NCBI GenBank assembly: GCA_046484125.1
Contig: JAWOBX010000049.1
Span: forward strand, 4,437 to 68,436
Reading direction: 5' to 3'
Length of the DNA: 64,000 nt
Source: Dehalococcoidia bacterium
GTDB lineage: Bacteria; Chloroflexota; Dehalococcoidia; SZUA-161; SpSt-899
The position numbers and the translations under genes were made by a program. Position 1 is the stretch's first letter, and the number at the start of each line of letters is the position of its first letter. Below are positions 1 to 9,326 of the stretch, piece by piece. The notes under the pieces are model-generated. The model made no database searches. It saw only the letters and a list, made by a program, of their open reading frames with translations, and was not told the origin of the DNA.

Positions 1-627
1 GCCTCCAGTATGGAGCGATCCATGAAGGCTCCCGGGTCTCCTTCATCCGCGTTGCAAATCACGTACTTGACAGGGCCGGGAGCGTCATGGCAGAATTGCC
101 ATTTCATGGCGGTCGGAGCGCCCGCCCCACCCCTGCCCCTCAGTCCAGAAAGTCTCACCTCCTCTATCACATCTTCCGGCGTCATGGTGGCAAGCACTTT
201 TCTGAGGGCCCTGTAACCGTCCCGTTCGATATAATCCTCGATTCTTTCCGGATTAATATGCCCGCAGTTACGCAGTATCACGCGATGCTGTTTGAGGTAG
301 AAGTTTATATCGGAATAGAGAGATATGACCTCACCTGTCATCGGTTCCGTGTAGAAGAGGCGCTCCACAGGTTTGCCTTCTTTCAAATGCATTCCAACTA
401 TGTCGACAGCATCCTCAGGCTGAACCTGGGTATAGAAATATCCATCCGGTTCGATGACAACGTTGGGTCCCTGCTGGCAAAAACCGTGACAACCGCTGAA
501 ATCTATTGAGGCGTTTTCGACGCGCTGCTTTTCCATCTCCTCGAGCAACGCGTTATATACCGCGTCTCCTCCACCGGAGACACATCCAGTTCCTCGACAG
601 ACAAACACAGTGTAATACGGCTTTTCC
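1..627 (-). CDS. NuoF-like NAD(P)H-binding flavoprotein subunit (N-terminal thioredoxin-like 2Fe-2S domain + FMN/NAD domain); partial, runs off window start
   Basis: Own minus-strand translation starts ATG at 627: MEKPYYTVFVCRGTGCVSGGGDAVYNALLEEM...LSGLRGRGGAGAPTAMKWQFCHDAPGPVKYVICNADEGDPGAFMDRSILE. No stop before coordinate 1. Paralogous to the 6706-8631 protein. Absent from the ORF track because it is truncated. Confidence 0.8.
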
Positions 628-639
628 ATAATATTACCT

Positions 640-1119
640 CTACTGCCTGTTACCGAATATCTGACTGACTTTCTTCGGATTCAGTTGACCGTATGTATCG
701 TTGTTGATGACCATATTGGGTGCCAGCGCGCAGACGCCAATGCAGGCCACGGTTTCCAGCGTGTATTCGAGGTCCGCGCTTGTCTCCCCCTCTTCCAACT
801 CAAGTTGTTGCTTTACCAGCTTCAGAATGGTCTTACCTCCACGTACGTGACACGCTGTTCCACGGCATACCTTTACGACATTCCTGCCCCTCGGGGTAGT
901 ATAAAGGCCGGTGTAGAAGCTGATTACGCCCTGAACCTGACTGGGGAATAAACCCAGGCCATCCGCTATGGGTTTAATAGCTGCAGGGGGGATATATCCT
1001 ATCTCAGATTGCACCTCTTGCAAAAGAGGTATCAACAACCATTTCTGTCCTCTGTATTTATCGACGATTTCACCGATTTTGTTCAGGTCTATCTCCGGGA
1101 TTTCCACATTCTCTACCAT
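640..1119 (-). CDS. NuoE-like thioredoxin-fold [2Fe-2S] ferredoxin subunit (HoxE/HndA family)
   Basis: 159 aa; CRGTACHVRGG ... CIGVCALAP four-Cys pattern typical of NuoE/HoxE. Confidence 0.8.
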   Translation of the reverse strand: MVENVEIPEIDLNKIGEIVDKYRGQKWLLIPLLQEVQSEIGYIPPAAIKPIADGLGLFPSQVQGVISFYTGLYTTPRGRNVVKVCRGTACHVRGGKTILKLVKQQLELEEGETSADLEYTLETVACIGVCALAPNMVINNDTYGQLNPKKVSQIFGNRQ

Positions 1120-1156
1120 ATACAGCCCTCAAATCAGCAAATTCACGGCTTATACC

Positions 1157-3544
1157 TTAAAACATCCGGTTTTCAGGATTCATAGCATTCAATCGTGGAG
1201 ACATCGTACTCCGAACTTCGCTGCCAAACCTGTACAGGGACCTGCTCGAAAGAAGCCAGAAAGGATAGTCATTCAGGCTTTTTTCATCAGGAAGCCTCGA
1301 CGGCGCCGGAAGGAATCTTCCATAACCTTCATCGAACCTCTCCTCGTATAGTCGCCGTGTTCCACCACGCCGGCCGTTTACGTTTGGCCAGTAAATCCCC
1401 CCCGTTTCCAGGTTCTCATATGTTATTCCCTGGTACAAAGGTACCATAGAGGAAACCTCATCCATGATCTCCCTGTCGGAACCGTATGACATTGTATGGC
1501 CCATCTTCTCGGCCAGATTGGCTATGATCTGCCAGTCGGGCATGCTCTCCCCCGGCGGGTCGACCACCCTTCTAACCCTCTGAACCCTCCGTTCAAAGCT
1601 GGTGAATGTTCCGTCCTTTTCAGCGAAGCAGGAGGCGGGGAAAACGACGTCGGCCAGCCTGGCTGTATCATTGAGGAATAAATCTTGTACTACCAGGAAA
1701 TCAAGCTGCTTAAAAGCCGCTTCAGCGTCAATGACTCCCGCAATGGTGCCGATAAGATTCTCACCCATGATATACATGCCCTTTATCTTTCCCGATCGGG
1801 CCTGATTGATCATTTCGAAAACGGTTAGCCCGGCTTTACCCGAAACTTCATACCCGGGACGGAAATCCGGAAGGCAGCCCATATCTGACGCGCCCTGAGC
1901 GTTGTTCTCTTCAAGAAGGGCCAGGATTCCCGCTCCCTCCTTGCCGATGTTTCCGGTTAGCAGGGCCAGGTTACTGAGGGCGGTAACGCAATCTGTGCCG
2001 TTCTGCTGGCGCGAGACGCCGGGCCCGTAGATTATTAAAACCGAGTTTGCCTGAGCGATTGTTCTGGCTGCCTCCTGAAGCTCTTTGACGGTGACACCTG
2101 TTGAATTCTCCACATCCTCGGCATTGTAGATCTCGAGCGACCTTTTAAGTTCCTCAAAGCTTTCGGTTCTCCGTGAGACAAAGCTTTTATTCCAGATGCC
2201 CTGATCGATGATCGTCTTTATTATGCCGTTGATAACCGCTGATTCGGTTCCAGCTTTGGGATATAAACCAGGACTTGCGAAGCGGTCGACTGATGTTTCA
2301 ACCGGATTTATACTTATCAGCGGTATATTCCTTAACTTTGAGGCCCTCTTCACCGCGTAGCCTACCAGCGGCGCTGATATCTCGGGGTCGGCCCCAACCA
2401 GCAGTATTACCTCGGCCAGTTCGATATCATCTACAGGATTTGTACTTGCCGGCAATCCAAGGCATTCCCGGAGTGTGGCAATCGAAGTAGAGTAATACAA
2501 TTGTCCGCCGTTATCAATGTTCGGGGTCTCAAGGACCTCACGGGCAAACCTCTGAAGAATGTAATTATCTTCGTTGGTACATTTGGTCGAACCGATGACA
2601 GCGATGCTGTCCGGGCCGTGCTCCGCCTTTATTCTGTTTAACTCGCCCGCCACTTTATCAAAAGCCTCTTCCCATGAGACTGGCTGGAATTCCTCCCCCG
2701 CCTTCACAAGGGGCCGGGTAAGTCGATGGGGGCTGTCAATATAGTCGAATCCATATGAACCGCGTACGCATGCGGTAACTCCATTGGGGGTATCACCATC
2801 CGCTGGCCTGGCTCTGATAATCATGTTGCCGGCAACTTCAAGAGACAGGTTGCATCCCGAAGCGCAGAACCCGCATACCGTCGGCACTACTTTCGTTGTG
2901 GTTCCGTGATAGGGCTTCGCTTTTTCTGATAGTGCCCCGGTAGGGCATATAGCCACACATGTTCCACAGAAGGTGCACTCTGAGAGCTCCAGTCCCACAT
3001 CCCCGACGGTGGCCGGCCTTGACGAAAAACCACGGTTAAAATAATCTATAGCGCCTTCAACGACCAGCTCCTGATCAGCCCTGATGCACTTGGCGCACAT
3101 GATGCACTTACTGAGATCACGCTCGATGAAGGGATTTACGTCACGGATTTCAGCCGGATGGGGAATTCTGTGCAGATCGATCCATCCCACCCCAAGTTCT
3201 CCGGCGATTTGTCGGAGTTGACAACGATTGCCCTTATCACATACCATGCACGAATCGGGATGGCTCGCCAGCATAAGTCTGACGATGGTCCTTCTTCCCT
3301 CAAGCACTTTCTCAGATCTGGTGTTGATGACCATGCCGGGGCCGATAGGGGCTACACAAGAAGCGAGCAGGGATCCGTTTTGTTCATTTTCAACCAGGCA
3401 GATCCTGCAAGCGCCGTACGGCTTCAGGTGCTCATCGTGACACAGGGTAGGGATATGTATTCCTGATTCTCTCGCCAGTTCAAGGATAGTCATTCCCGGC
3501 TGACCGCTTACTTCAACGCCATCCAAGGTGATCGTAATGGCCAT
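1157..3544 (-). CDS. NuoG/FdhA-family large subunit: N-terminal 2Fe-2S + multiple 4Fe-4S motifs fused to a molybdopterin-oxidoreductase-fold domain
   Basis: 795 aa; CHDEHLKPYGACRICLV, CDKGNRCQLR, CIMCAKCIRAD, CTFCGTCVAICP, then molybdopterin-oxidoreductase-like region (VTACVRGSYGFDY ... KCTNEDNYILQRFAREV). I could not see the Sec/Cys-His active-site pair expected for formate dehydrogenase. Confidence 0.7.
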   Translation of the reverse strand: MAITITLDGVEVSGQPGMTILELARESGIHIPTLCHDEHLKPYGACRICLVENEQNGSLLASCVAPIGPGMVINTRSEKVLEGRRTIVRLMLASHPDSCMVCDKGNRCQLRQIAGELGVGWIDLHRIPHPAEIRDVNPFIERDLSKCIMCAKCIRADQELVVEGAIDYFNRGFSSRPATVGDVGLELSECTFCGTCVAICPTGALSEKAKPYHGTTTKVVPTVCGFCASGCNLSLEVAGNMIIRARPADGDTPNGVTACVRGSYGFDYIDSPHRLTRPLVKAGEEFQPVSWEEAFDKVAGELNRIKAEHGPDSIAVIGSTKCTNEDNYILQRFAREVLETPNIDNGGQLYYSTSIATLRECLGLPASTNPVDDIELAEVILLVGADPEISAPLVGYAVKRASKLRNIPLISINPVETSVDRFASPGLYPKAGTESAVINGIIKTIIDQGIWNKSFVSRRTESFEELKRSLEIYNAEDVENSTGVTVKELQEAARTIAQANSVLIIYGPGVSRQQNGTDCVTALSNLALLTGNIGKEGAGILALLEENNAQGASDMGCLPDFRPGYEVSGKAGLTVFEMINQARSGKIKGMYIMGENLIGTIAGVIDAEAAFKQLDFLVVQDLFLNDTARLADVVFPASCFAEKDGTFTSFERRVQRVRRVVDPPGESMPDWQIIANLAEKMGHTMSYGSDREIMDEVSSMVPLYQGITYENLETGGIYWPNVNGRRGGTRRLYEERFDEGYGRFLPAPSRLPDEKSLNDYPFWLLSSRSLYRFGSEVRSTMSPRLNAMNPENRMF

Positions 3545-3768
3545 AAGGTGAAATACTCCTGCTATCGTCGTTTAAAGGGACATCCAAGGGGGACTTTGAC
3601 AGTTAGGGTACACCAGTATTTCTGATATTGTCAAGCATTTTTCTTTACCGTAAAATTAGCGACGGTTATTTTGAGCTTGCGGGAGCGTCGATGAAGTAAT
3701 TTATCGCGCTTAAAATCAATGGTTGAATATTTTCACTTGAAACGCTGTTTTGGTGTTCGGTACGGCAC

Positions 3769-3797
3769 TTGACTTCCTCACAAATGGTTGGCATAAT
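3769..3797 (+). promoter_or_regulatory. sigma70-like promoter candidate (TTGACT, 17 nt spacer, CATAAT) upstream of the histidine kinase gene
   Basis: ttgacttcctcacaaatggttggcataat read directly in the divergent intergenic region 3545-3842. Confidence 0.35.
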
Positions 3798-3842
3798 TGT
3801 GCCAATTCGTGATGACTACGCAAGTCGAAGTGGAACGGAGGA

Positions 3843-5120
3843 ATGGAAAACAAGTCCGTGGATATTTACAAAGCACTGTACGATATAGCGGTGCAAGTCT
3901 ATTCAAGCACCTCAACTGAGACAGTGCTGAACGACATCGTCAGGAGTACCGCTCTCGCGCTCGGACTTAAAGGATGCTCCCTGATGCTGCTTTCGCCGAA
4001 TCGGAAACAGCTCATCCACACTGCATCATATGGACTGAGCGAACCATACCTTGGTAAAGGACCGGTCGGTGTCGGGCCGATTCTCGCTGAGGTGTTGAAG
4101 GGAAATCCGGTTGCCGTAGACGACGTAACCACCGACCAGCGCGTCCAGTACCGGGATCAGGCCATCCGAGAAGGAATAGTCTCCATGCTGTCAGTACCCA
4201 TGGTACTCCGGAACGAAACTACGGGCGTCTTGAGAGTGTATACTAACGAGCCCAGGCACTTCACCTTTGACGATATACAGTTTCTACACCTGGTCGCCAG
4301 CCTGGGGGCCATAGCCCTTAAAAAGGCTCGTGAGTATGAATCTCAGGAAGAGTATTATGAGCAGCGCTTGCGAGAGAAGGTGAATCAGCTCGAAGCGGCA
4401 ACCATGGAGCTGGAAAAGCTGGAGGAGGGCAAGAAACGGCTCTTAACCTTCATGTCCATAGTCGCCCATGATCTGAAATCGCCTCTGGCTGCGATTCAGA
4501 GCTATTTCGGCGTAATGCTGGGAGGCTATGCCGGTGAGCTCAATGATAAACACCGCCAGATGATAGAGAGGAGCAGTACACGTATCGACGAATTGCTGGA
4601 ACTGATAAGCGACCTGCTGGATATCTCCCGCATAGAGACCGGACAGACCGTCCAGGAGATGAAAGAGGTGTCGCTCGTTGAACTCTGCCGGAACCCGGTG
4701 GAGGACGCCCAAAGGCTGGCGGAACATAAAAAGATCCGTCTTGCCGCCTCAGTTGAACGTGACCTGCCTGCTATTTACGGTTCGCCTATAAGGATTCGAC
4801 AGTTGTTTACCAATCTGTTGAGCAATGCCGTAAAGTTCACTCCAGAAGGAGGAAATGTCAACTTCTCTCTTTACGAAAGAAACGGCTTTATCGTTGGCGA
4901 GGTGAAGGATAACGGAGCCGGCATCCCTGAGGAGGACCTGGAACATGTGTTCAACGATTTCTACCGCGCCAGCAATGTGGAGGTGCCCGGCACAGGACTG
5001 GGCCTGCCTATCGTAAAACGGATTGTCGAGTCGCATGGTGGTGAAATCAAGGTGGAGAGCCCGTGTCCAGATACCGGCACGGGATGCAGATTCATATTTA
5101 CGCTTTACGTTGAAGACTAG
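3843..5120 (+). CDS. Sensor histidine kinase with N-terminal GAF domain (HisKA + HATPase_c)
   Basis: 425 aa; H-box VAHDLKSPLAAI; G-boxes DNGAGIPEE and GTGLGLPIVKRIVESHGGEI; no obvious TM segment. Confidence 0.85.
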   Translation: MENKSVDIYKALYDIAVQVYSSTSTETVLNDIVRSTALALGLKGCSLMLLSPNRKQLIHTASYGLSEPYLGKGPVGVGPILAEVLKGNPVAVDDVTTDQRVQYRDQAIREGIVSMLSVPMVLRNETTGVLRVYTNEPRHFTFDDIQFLHLVASLGAIALKKAREYESQEEYYEQRLREKVNQLEAATMELEKLEEGKKRLLTFMSIVAHDLKSPLAAIQSYFGVMLGGYAGELNDKHRQMIERSSTRIDELLELISDLLDISRIETGQTVQEMKEVSLVELCRNPVEDAQRLAEHKKIRLAASVERDLPAIYGSPIRIRQLFTNLLSNAVKFTPEGGNVNFSLYERNGFIVGEVKDNGAGIPEEDLEHVFNDFYRASNVEVPGTGLGLPIVKRIVESHGGEIKVESPCPDTGTGCRFIFTLYVED

Positions 5121-5145
5121 ACTTACTTACTTCACTGTTAGTATA

Positions 5146-5592
5146 ATGAATACGCTGAGAAACACCGGAGGCTCGCAATTGCCACAAGGGCCAAAAATAT
5201 TAGTCATTGATGACGACCCCGATATCAGAGAGGCTCTCGCCATAATACTTGAAACCGAGGATTACCAGGTAACCACAGCCCGATATGGCGCTGAGGGGCT
5301 GGAGAAGGTCAAGTCTGATAAACCGGACCTGATTATTCTCGATCTTATAATGCCGGGAGTAGGTGGATTCGCGGTGTACAAGAAACTCAAGAGTCCGGAT
5401 AAACCCGAATGGAACGATATACCGATTCTGGTTCTGACATCCCTGAGGGAGGATTCCAGCCGGGCGAGATTTGAGGAAGAAACGGGTATGGAGATGAGGG
5501 TTGATGACTATATTGAGAAGCCGATTTCTCCGGCGACAATAGTGGAACGGATTGGAAGGCTGCTTAAAAACACAAAGGAACATACAACTTGA
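5146..5592 (+). CDS. Stand-alone response-regulator receiver (CheY-like)
   Basis: KILVIDDDPDIREAL ... DLIILDLIMPGVGG; start moved to in-frame ATG at 5146 to avoid overlap with the kinase gene. Confidence 0.75.
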   Translation: MNTLRNTGGSQLPQGPKILVIDDDPDIREALAIILETEDYQVTTARYGAEGLEKVKSDKPDLIILDLIMPGVGGFAVYKKLKSPDKPEWNDIPILVLTSLREDSSRARFEEETGMEMRVDDYIEKPISPATIVERIGRLLKNTKEHTT

Positions 5593-5626
5593 TGTTCAAC
5601 CTGTGATAAGTTGAAAGGAGAGACTG

Positions 5627-6013
5627 ATGGATGACAAAGAAGCCAGAATTCTGCTAGTGGATGACGACCCGGATTTCGTGGAAGCGACAAAGACCGTGCT
5701 GGAGACCAAATACTCAGTGAGTATTGCCACTGAGGGTGAAGAGGGTTTGAAAAAGGCAAGGGAAGAAAAACCTGACCTGATAATCCTCGATGTGATAATG
5801 CCCGTTAAGGATGGATTCACAGCGGCTGAGCAGTTGAAAAAGGATTCTGAGCTAAGTGATATACCCGTGATCATGCTTACGAGCTATGCCGAGAGGAAGG
5901 GAGAGACCAGTATACCTGTCTCCAAAGGTATGAGCCTCGAGGCGGAGGATTACATCGAGAAACCGGTCAAGCCTGAGGAGCTCCTTAAAAGGGTTGATGC
6001 TCTCTTAAAATAG
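5627..6013 (+). CDS. Stand-alone response-regulator receiver (CheY-like), second copy
   Basis: RILLVDDDPDFVEATK ... DLIILDVIMPVKDG ... YIEKPVKPEELL. Confidence 0.8.
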   Translation: MDDKEARILLVDDDPDFVEATKTVLETKYSVSIATEGEEGLKKAREEKPDLIILDVIMPVKDGFTAAEQLKKDSELSDIPVIMLTSYAERKGETSIPVSKGMSLEAEDYIEKPVKPEELLKRVDALLK

Positions 6014-6181
6014 GCCATGATCGCCGCTATTACCAGTTAATCCGGTGGGTCAGCTTATTCTAGTCAATAAATAATGCTACGAGACGCGCAGGGGCAGGGG
6101 AATAACCTGCCCCTGTAATTTGAAATAATACTTACGGAATAGCAATTCCCCATTCCGATCAGCAAGTTCGGAGAAGGTGAT

Positions 6182-6709
6182 TTGACTGAGGCAACCTCTG
6201 AGACAACGGAAGAAGAGAAGAAACAGATAAACGGCCTGCTGAAAAACCTTGACCAGAAGTTTTCCAAAGACCGCAGGAATCTCATTCCGATACTGCAGGA
6301 AGCGCAAAGTCTGCTTGGATACCTTCCACATGAAGCCATGCAGGGAATTGCCGGGTTCCTTCGAATTCCGGCAATTGATGTATTCAGCGTGGTAACCTTC
6401 TATAACCAGTTCAGACTTAACCCGCCCGGTAAACACTCTATCAGAGTCTGTTTGGGCACAGCCTGTCATATTGCGGGCGGTAAAATAATTCTTGACTCGT
6501 GGAAAAGGCGGCTGAATATCGGTACGCGGGAAACTACCCCGGATCGTGGATTTGACCTTGACACTGTAGCGTGCGTTGGATGCTGCGCCATGGCGCCGGT
6601 AACGGTGATAGACGGGCAGGTCAACGGCAGGATAACTCCCACCAGAGTGGATGGCATCCTTCTCTCATACAAGATGGAGCAGGATAGCGAGAATGAGGAA
6701 AGCCGATGA
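6182..6709 (+). CDS. NuoE/HoxE-like [2Fe-2S] thioredoxin-fold subunit
   Basis: 175 aa, TTG start after GGAGAAGG; CLGTACHIAGG ... CVGCCAMAP; 4-nt overlap with the next gene. Confidence 0.8.
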   Translation: MTEATSETTEEEKKQINGLLKNLDQKFSKDRRNLIPILQEAQSLLGYLPHEAMQGIAGFLRIPAIDVFSVVTFYNQFRLNPPGKHSIRVCLGTACHIAGGKIILDSWKRRLNIGTRETTPDRGFDLDTVACVGCCAMAPVTVIDGQVNGRITPTRVDGILLSYKMEQDSENEESR

Positions 6710-8631
6710 ATTCCGACGTCGCCTCCATTTTTGAAAAACTGCGAAAACAGGCGGTTGCCAGGTGGGAATCGGTTTTTCGTGGAGATAATCCAGTGGTTCT
6801 GGTGGGAACAGCGACATGCGGCAGGGCCGCCGGCGCTATTGATGTACTCAACACCATAAGAGATAAACTGGCCGCGGAACACCCGGAGATCGCCGTTCTT
6901 GAAGTGGGATGCATGGGCCATTGTTACGCGGAGCCGCTGGTGACCATTATAAAGCCGGGGGGCGAATATCCTCCCATATTGTACGGATACGTCACTCCTG
7001 AAATCGCGAGTTTGCTGGTACGTGACTATGTCCTGGGAGAAGATCCTTCCTTCGAGTTCATGCTGGGAGCGCTTGAGGAACACCAGGTAATACCTTCTAT
7101 TTACGATCTGCCCCGGTACTCTTATGAACAGCATTTACTGCTAAGGAATTGTGGCAACATCGATCCCGATAGTATAGAACATTATATAGCGAACGGGGGT
7201 TATTCGGCCCTATCAAAGGCACTGCAACTTAAGCCGGAAGATATCATCGGGAGCCTGATAGAATCCGGCTTGAGGGGAAGGGGCGGGGCGGGTTTCCCCA
7301 CTGGAGAGAAATGGCAGATATGCCGGGATGCCGGAGCTGACAGCAGCTATTTGATCTGTAACGCTGATGAAGGCGATCCCGGGGCCTTCATGGACCGGTC
7401 CATTCTGGAGAGCGACCCCCATTCGGTTATCGAAGGAATGGCCATCGCCGGTTATGCCATCGGGACTCACGAGGGTTACGTTTATGTGCGCGCGGAATAC
7501 CCCCTGGCGGTTGACCGCGTAAAGATGGCAATAGAACAGGCACGCGAATGGAACCTGCTTGGAAAGGGTATTCTAGGCAGTGATTACGACTTCGATATTG
7601 ATGTATTCCGGGGTTCGGGGGCTTTTGTCTGTGGAGAGGAGACCGCGCTCATTGCGTCTATGGAGGGAAGACCGGGAATGCCGCATCACCGCCCCCCGTT
7701 CCCCGCCATCGCAGGACTTTATAGTAAACCCACCGTAATCAATAATGTCAAAAGCCTTGCCTCGGTCCCTCACATAATCGGAGAGGGCCCTGAATGGTTT
7801 TCAAGTACCGGGACTGAGGAGACCAGCGGAACCGCGGTCTTCGCCCTGGCGGGTAAGTTGGTCAACACCGGCCTGACAGAGGTTCCAATGGGAACTACAT
7901 TGCGTCAGGTTATATTTGATATAGGCGCGGGCATTCCACAAGGTAAGAAATTCAAGGCGGTGCAGATCGGCGGCCCGTCGGGTGGTTGCCTCCCGGAATC
8001 CGAGCTGGACAGGCCGATTGATTTTGATTCCCTGAGAGAGGCTGGAGCCATGATGGGATCGGGTGGCATGGTGGTTCTCGATGAAGATGACTGCATGGTT
8101 GATGTGGCACGGTACTTCCTTGAGTTTACACAGGGGGAATCCTGCGGGAAATGCACTATGTGCCGGCTCGGCACCAGGCAGATGCTTGAGATTCTCGAGG
8201 ATATAACCAGGGGCGAGGCCAGCATGGAACAGCTCGACACGCTTGAAAAGCTGGCCGCTGACATTAAGGACGGGTCATTGTGCAATCTGGGAAAGACAGC
8301 GCCGAATCCAATCATGACAACTCTCAGGTATTTCAGGGAGGAATACGAAGCTCATATCAACGAAAAAAGGTGTCCGGCGCTGCGCTGTCCAGAGCTGATA
8401 GCATATTACATAGTGCCGGAGAAATGCGAGCGCTCGTGCGACGCCTGTGTGGGAACATGTACGGTCGAGGCGATATATACCGGCACCAAAAGAGTGAAAG
8501 TCATCGATCAGAGCAAGTGCGTCAAATGCAATACCTGTGTCGATGCGTGTCCGCCTCAATACAATGCGATTGTAAAGATATCCCCGTTAAGCGAGCTGCC
8601 GGAGGCTTTGCCTCCCCTCGAGCAGAAGTAG
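6706..8631 (+). CDS. NuoF/HoxF-like NAD(P)H:FMN flavoprotein subunit with C-terminal 2x[4Fe-4S] ferredoxin extension
   Basis: 641 aa; GLRGRGGAGFPTGEKW (NADH/FMN), ESCGKCTMCR (N3 cluster), C-terminal CDACVGTC ... CVKCNTCVDACP. Confidence 0.85.
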   Translation: MNSDVASIFEKLRKQAVARWESVFRGDNPVVLVGTATCGRAAGAIDVLNTIRDKLAAEHPEIAVLEVGCMGHCYAEPLVTIIKPGGEYPPILYGYVTPEIASLLVRDYVLGEDPSFEFMLGALEEHQVIPSIYDLPRYSYEQHLLLRNCGNIDPDSIEHYIANGGYSALSKALQLKPEDIIGSLIESGLRGRGGAGFPTGEKWQICRDAGADSSYLICNADEGDPGAFMDRSILESDPHSVIEGMAIAGYAIGTHEGYVYVRAEYPLAVDRVKMAIEQAREWNLLGKGILGSDYDFDIDVFRGSGAFVCGEETALIASMEGRPGMPHHRPPFPAIAGLYSKPTVINNVKSLASVPHIIGEGPEWFSSTGTEETSGTAVFALAGKLVNTGLTEVPMGTTLRQVIFDIGAGIPQGKKFKAVQIGGPSGGCLPESELDRPIDFDSLREAGAMMGSGGMVVLDEDDCMVDVARYFLEFTQGESCGKCTMCRLGTRQMLEILEDITRGEASMEQLDTLEKLAADIKDGSLCNLGKTAPNPIMTTLRYFREEYEAHINEKRCPALRCPELIAYYIVPEKCERSCDACVGTCTVEAIYTGTKRVKVIDQSKCVKCNTCVDACPPQYNAIVKISPLSELPEALPPLEQK

Positions 8632-8669
8632 TCGCATCTACGGCGATAATATGTAATGGCTCAGAGCAG

Positions 8670-9326
8670 GATGTTATGGCGATGAAGGAAGTCACACTCA
8701 CTATCGACGGCAGGGAGGTCACTGCTGCCCAGGGCGAGACAGTTCTATGGACAGCTCTGGATAATGATATATACATACCTAACCTGTGTGCCATTCGTGA
8801 GGCCCCGGAGGTGAGCGCCTCCTGCCGGCTCTGTTTCGTAGAAGTCGAAGGGAAATCCCGGCCGGTAACCGCATGCACCGAACCGGTTGATGAAGGTATG
8901 GTTGTCAATACGCGCGGTGAGTCCTCCACACAATTGGCCCGAACGGCACTGGAGTTGCTGCTGGCGAGCCATGACGTGGATTGCAAAAACTGTTCGGCTA
9001 ATGGTTCATGCGAACTGCAGAGAGCGGCGAGGCACCTTGGTGTCAAGCTAAAGACGAAAAGGCTTAAAAAGCTGGTCCGGGACCTGCCTGTAGATGATAG
9101 CAGCCCGATTTTCATATATGATCCAAACAAGTGCGTACTATGCGGGAAGTGCGTGTGGAAGTGCCGGGAGCAAGGGATCGGCGCCATCGGATTTGCCTAC
9201 CGCGGATTTGAAAGGATGGTAACCTCTTACGGGGGTCAGCCTATAGGTCAGTCACAGTGCAACCAATGCAGAGAATGCGTAGAGATATGTCCTGTCGGAG
9301 CACTGAGTCTAAAGGAGAACAAATGA
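8670..9326 (+). CDS. HoxU/NuoG-N-terminal-like small Fe-S subunit (2Fe-2S + 4Fe-4S motifs), no catalytic domain
   Basis: About 218 aa from in-frame ATG 8670 (MAMKEVTLTIDGREV...): CRLCFVEVEG, CKNCSANGSCELQ, CVLCGKCVWKC, CNQCRECVEICP. The track ORF 8280-9326 extends upstream into the NuoF-like gene. Confidence 0.7.
   Translation, partial: DVMAMKEVTLTIDGREVTAAQGETVLWTALDNDIYIPNLCAIREAPEVSASCRLCFVEVEGKSRPVTACTEPVDEGMVVNTRGESSTQLARTALELLLASHDVDCKNCSANGSCELQRAARHLGVKLKTKRLKKLVRDLPVDDSSPIFIYDPNKCVLCGKCVWKCREQGIGAIGFAYRGFERMVTSYGGQPIGQSQCNQCRECVEICPVGALSLKENK

Noticed and set aside
87-509. 140-aa plus-strand ORF at the window start
   Set aside because: Lies antisense to a much better minus-strand NuoF-like reading frame (1-627) with clear flavoprotein motifs; no recognisable domains of its own.
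685-1351. Plus-strand ORFs 685-951 and 968-1351
   Set aside because: Antisense shadows of the NuoE-like gene and the 3' end of the NuoG-like gene.
1157-3544. Selenocysteine (in-frame TGA) in the FdhA/NuoG-like gene
   Set aside because: The ORF is continuous with no internal stop; no Sec-type active site is apparent.
6466-7134. 222-aa minus-strand ORF
   Set aside because: Antisense to the NuoE/NuoF-like genes, which have strong cofactor motifs.
8280-8669. 5' extension of the HoxU-like ORF given in the track
   Set aside because: Overlaps about 350 nt of the upstream NuoF-like gene; an internal ATG at 8670 gives a canonical start for a HoxU/NuoG-N-term protein.
8522-9187. 221-aa minus-strand ORF
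   Set aside because: Antisense to the HoxU-like Fe-S gene; Ser/Ala-rich shadow frame.
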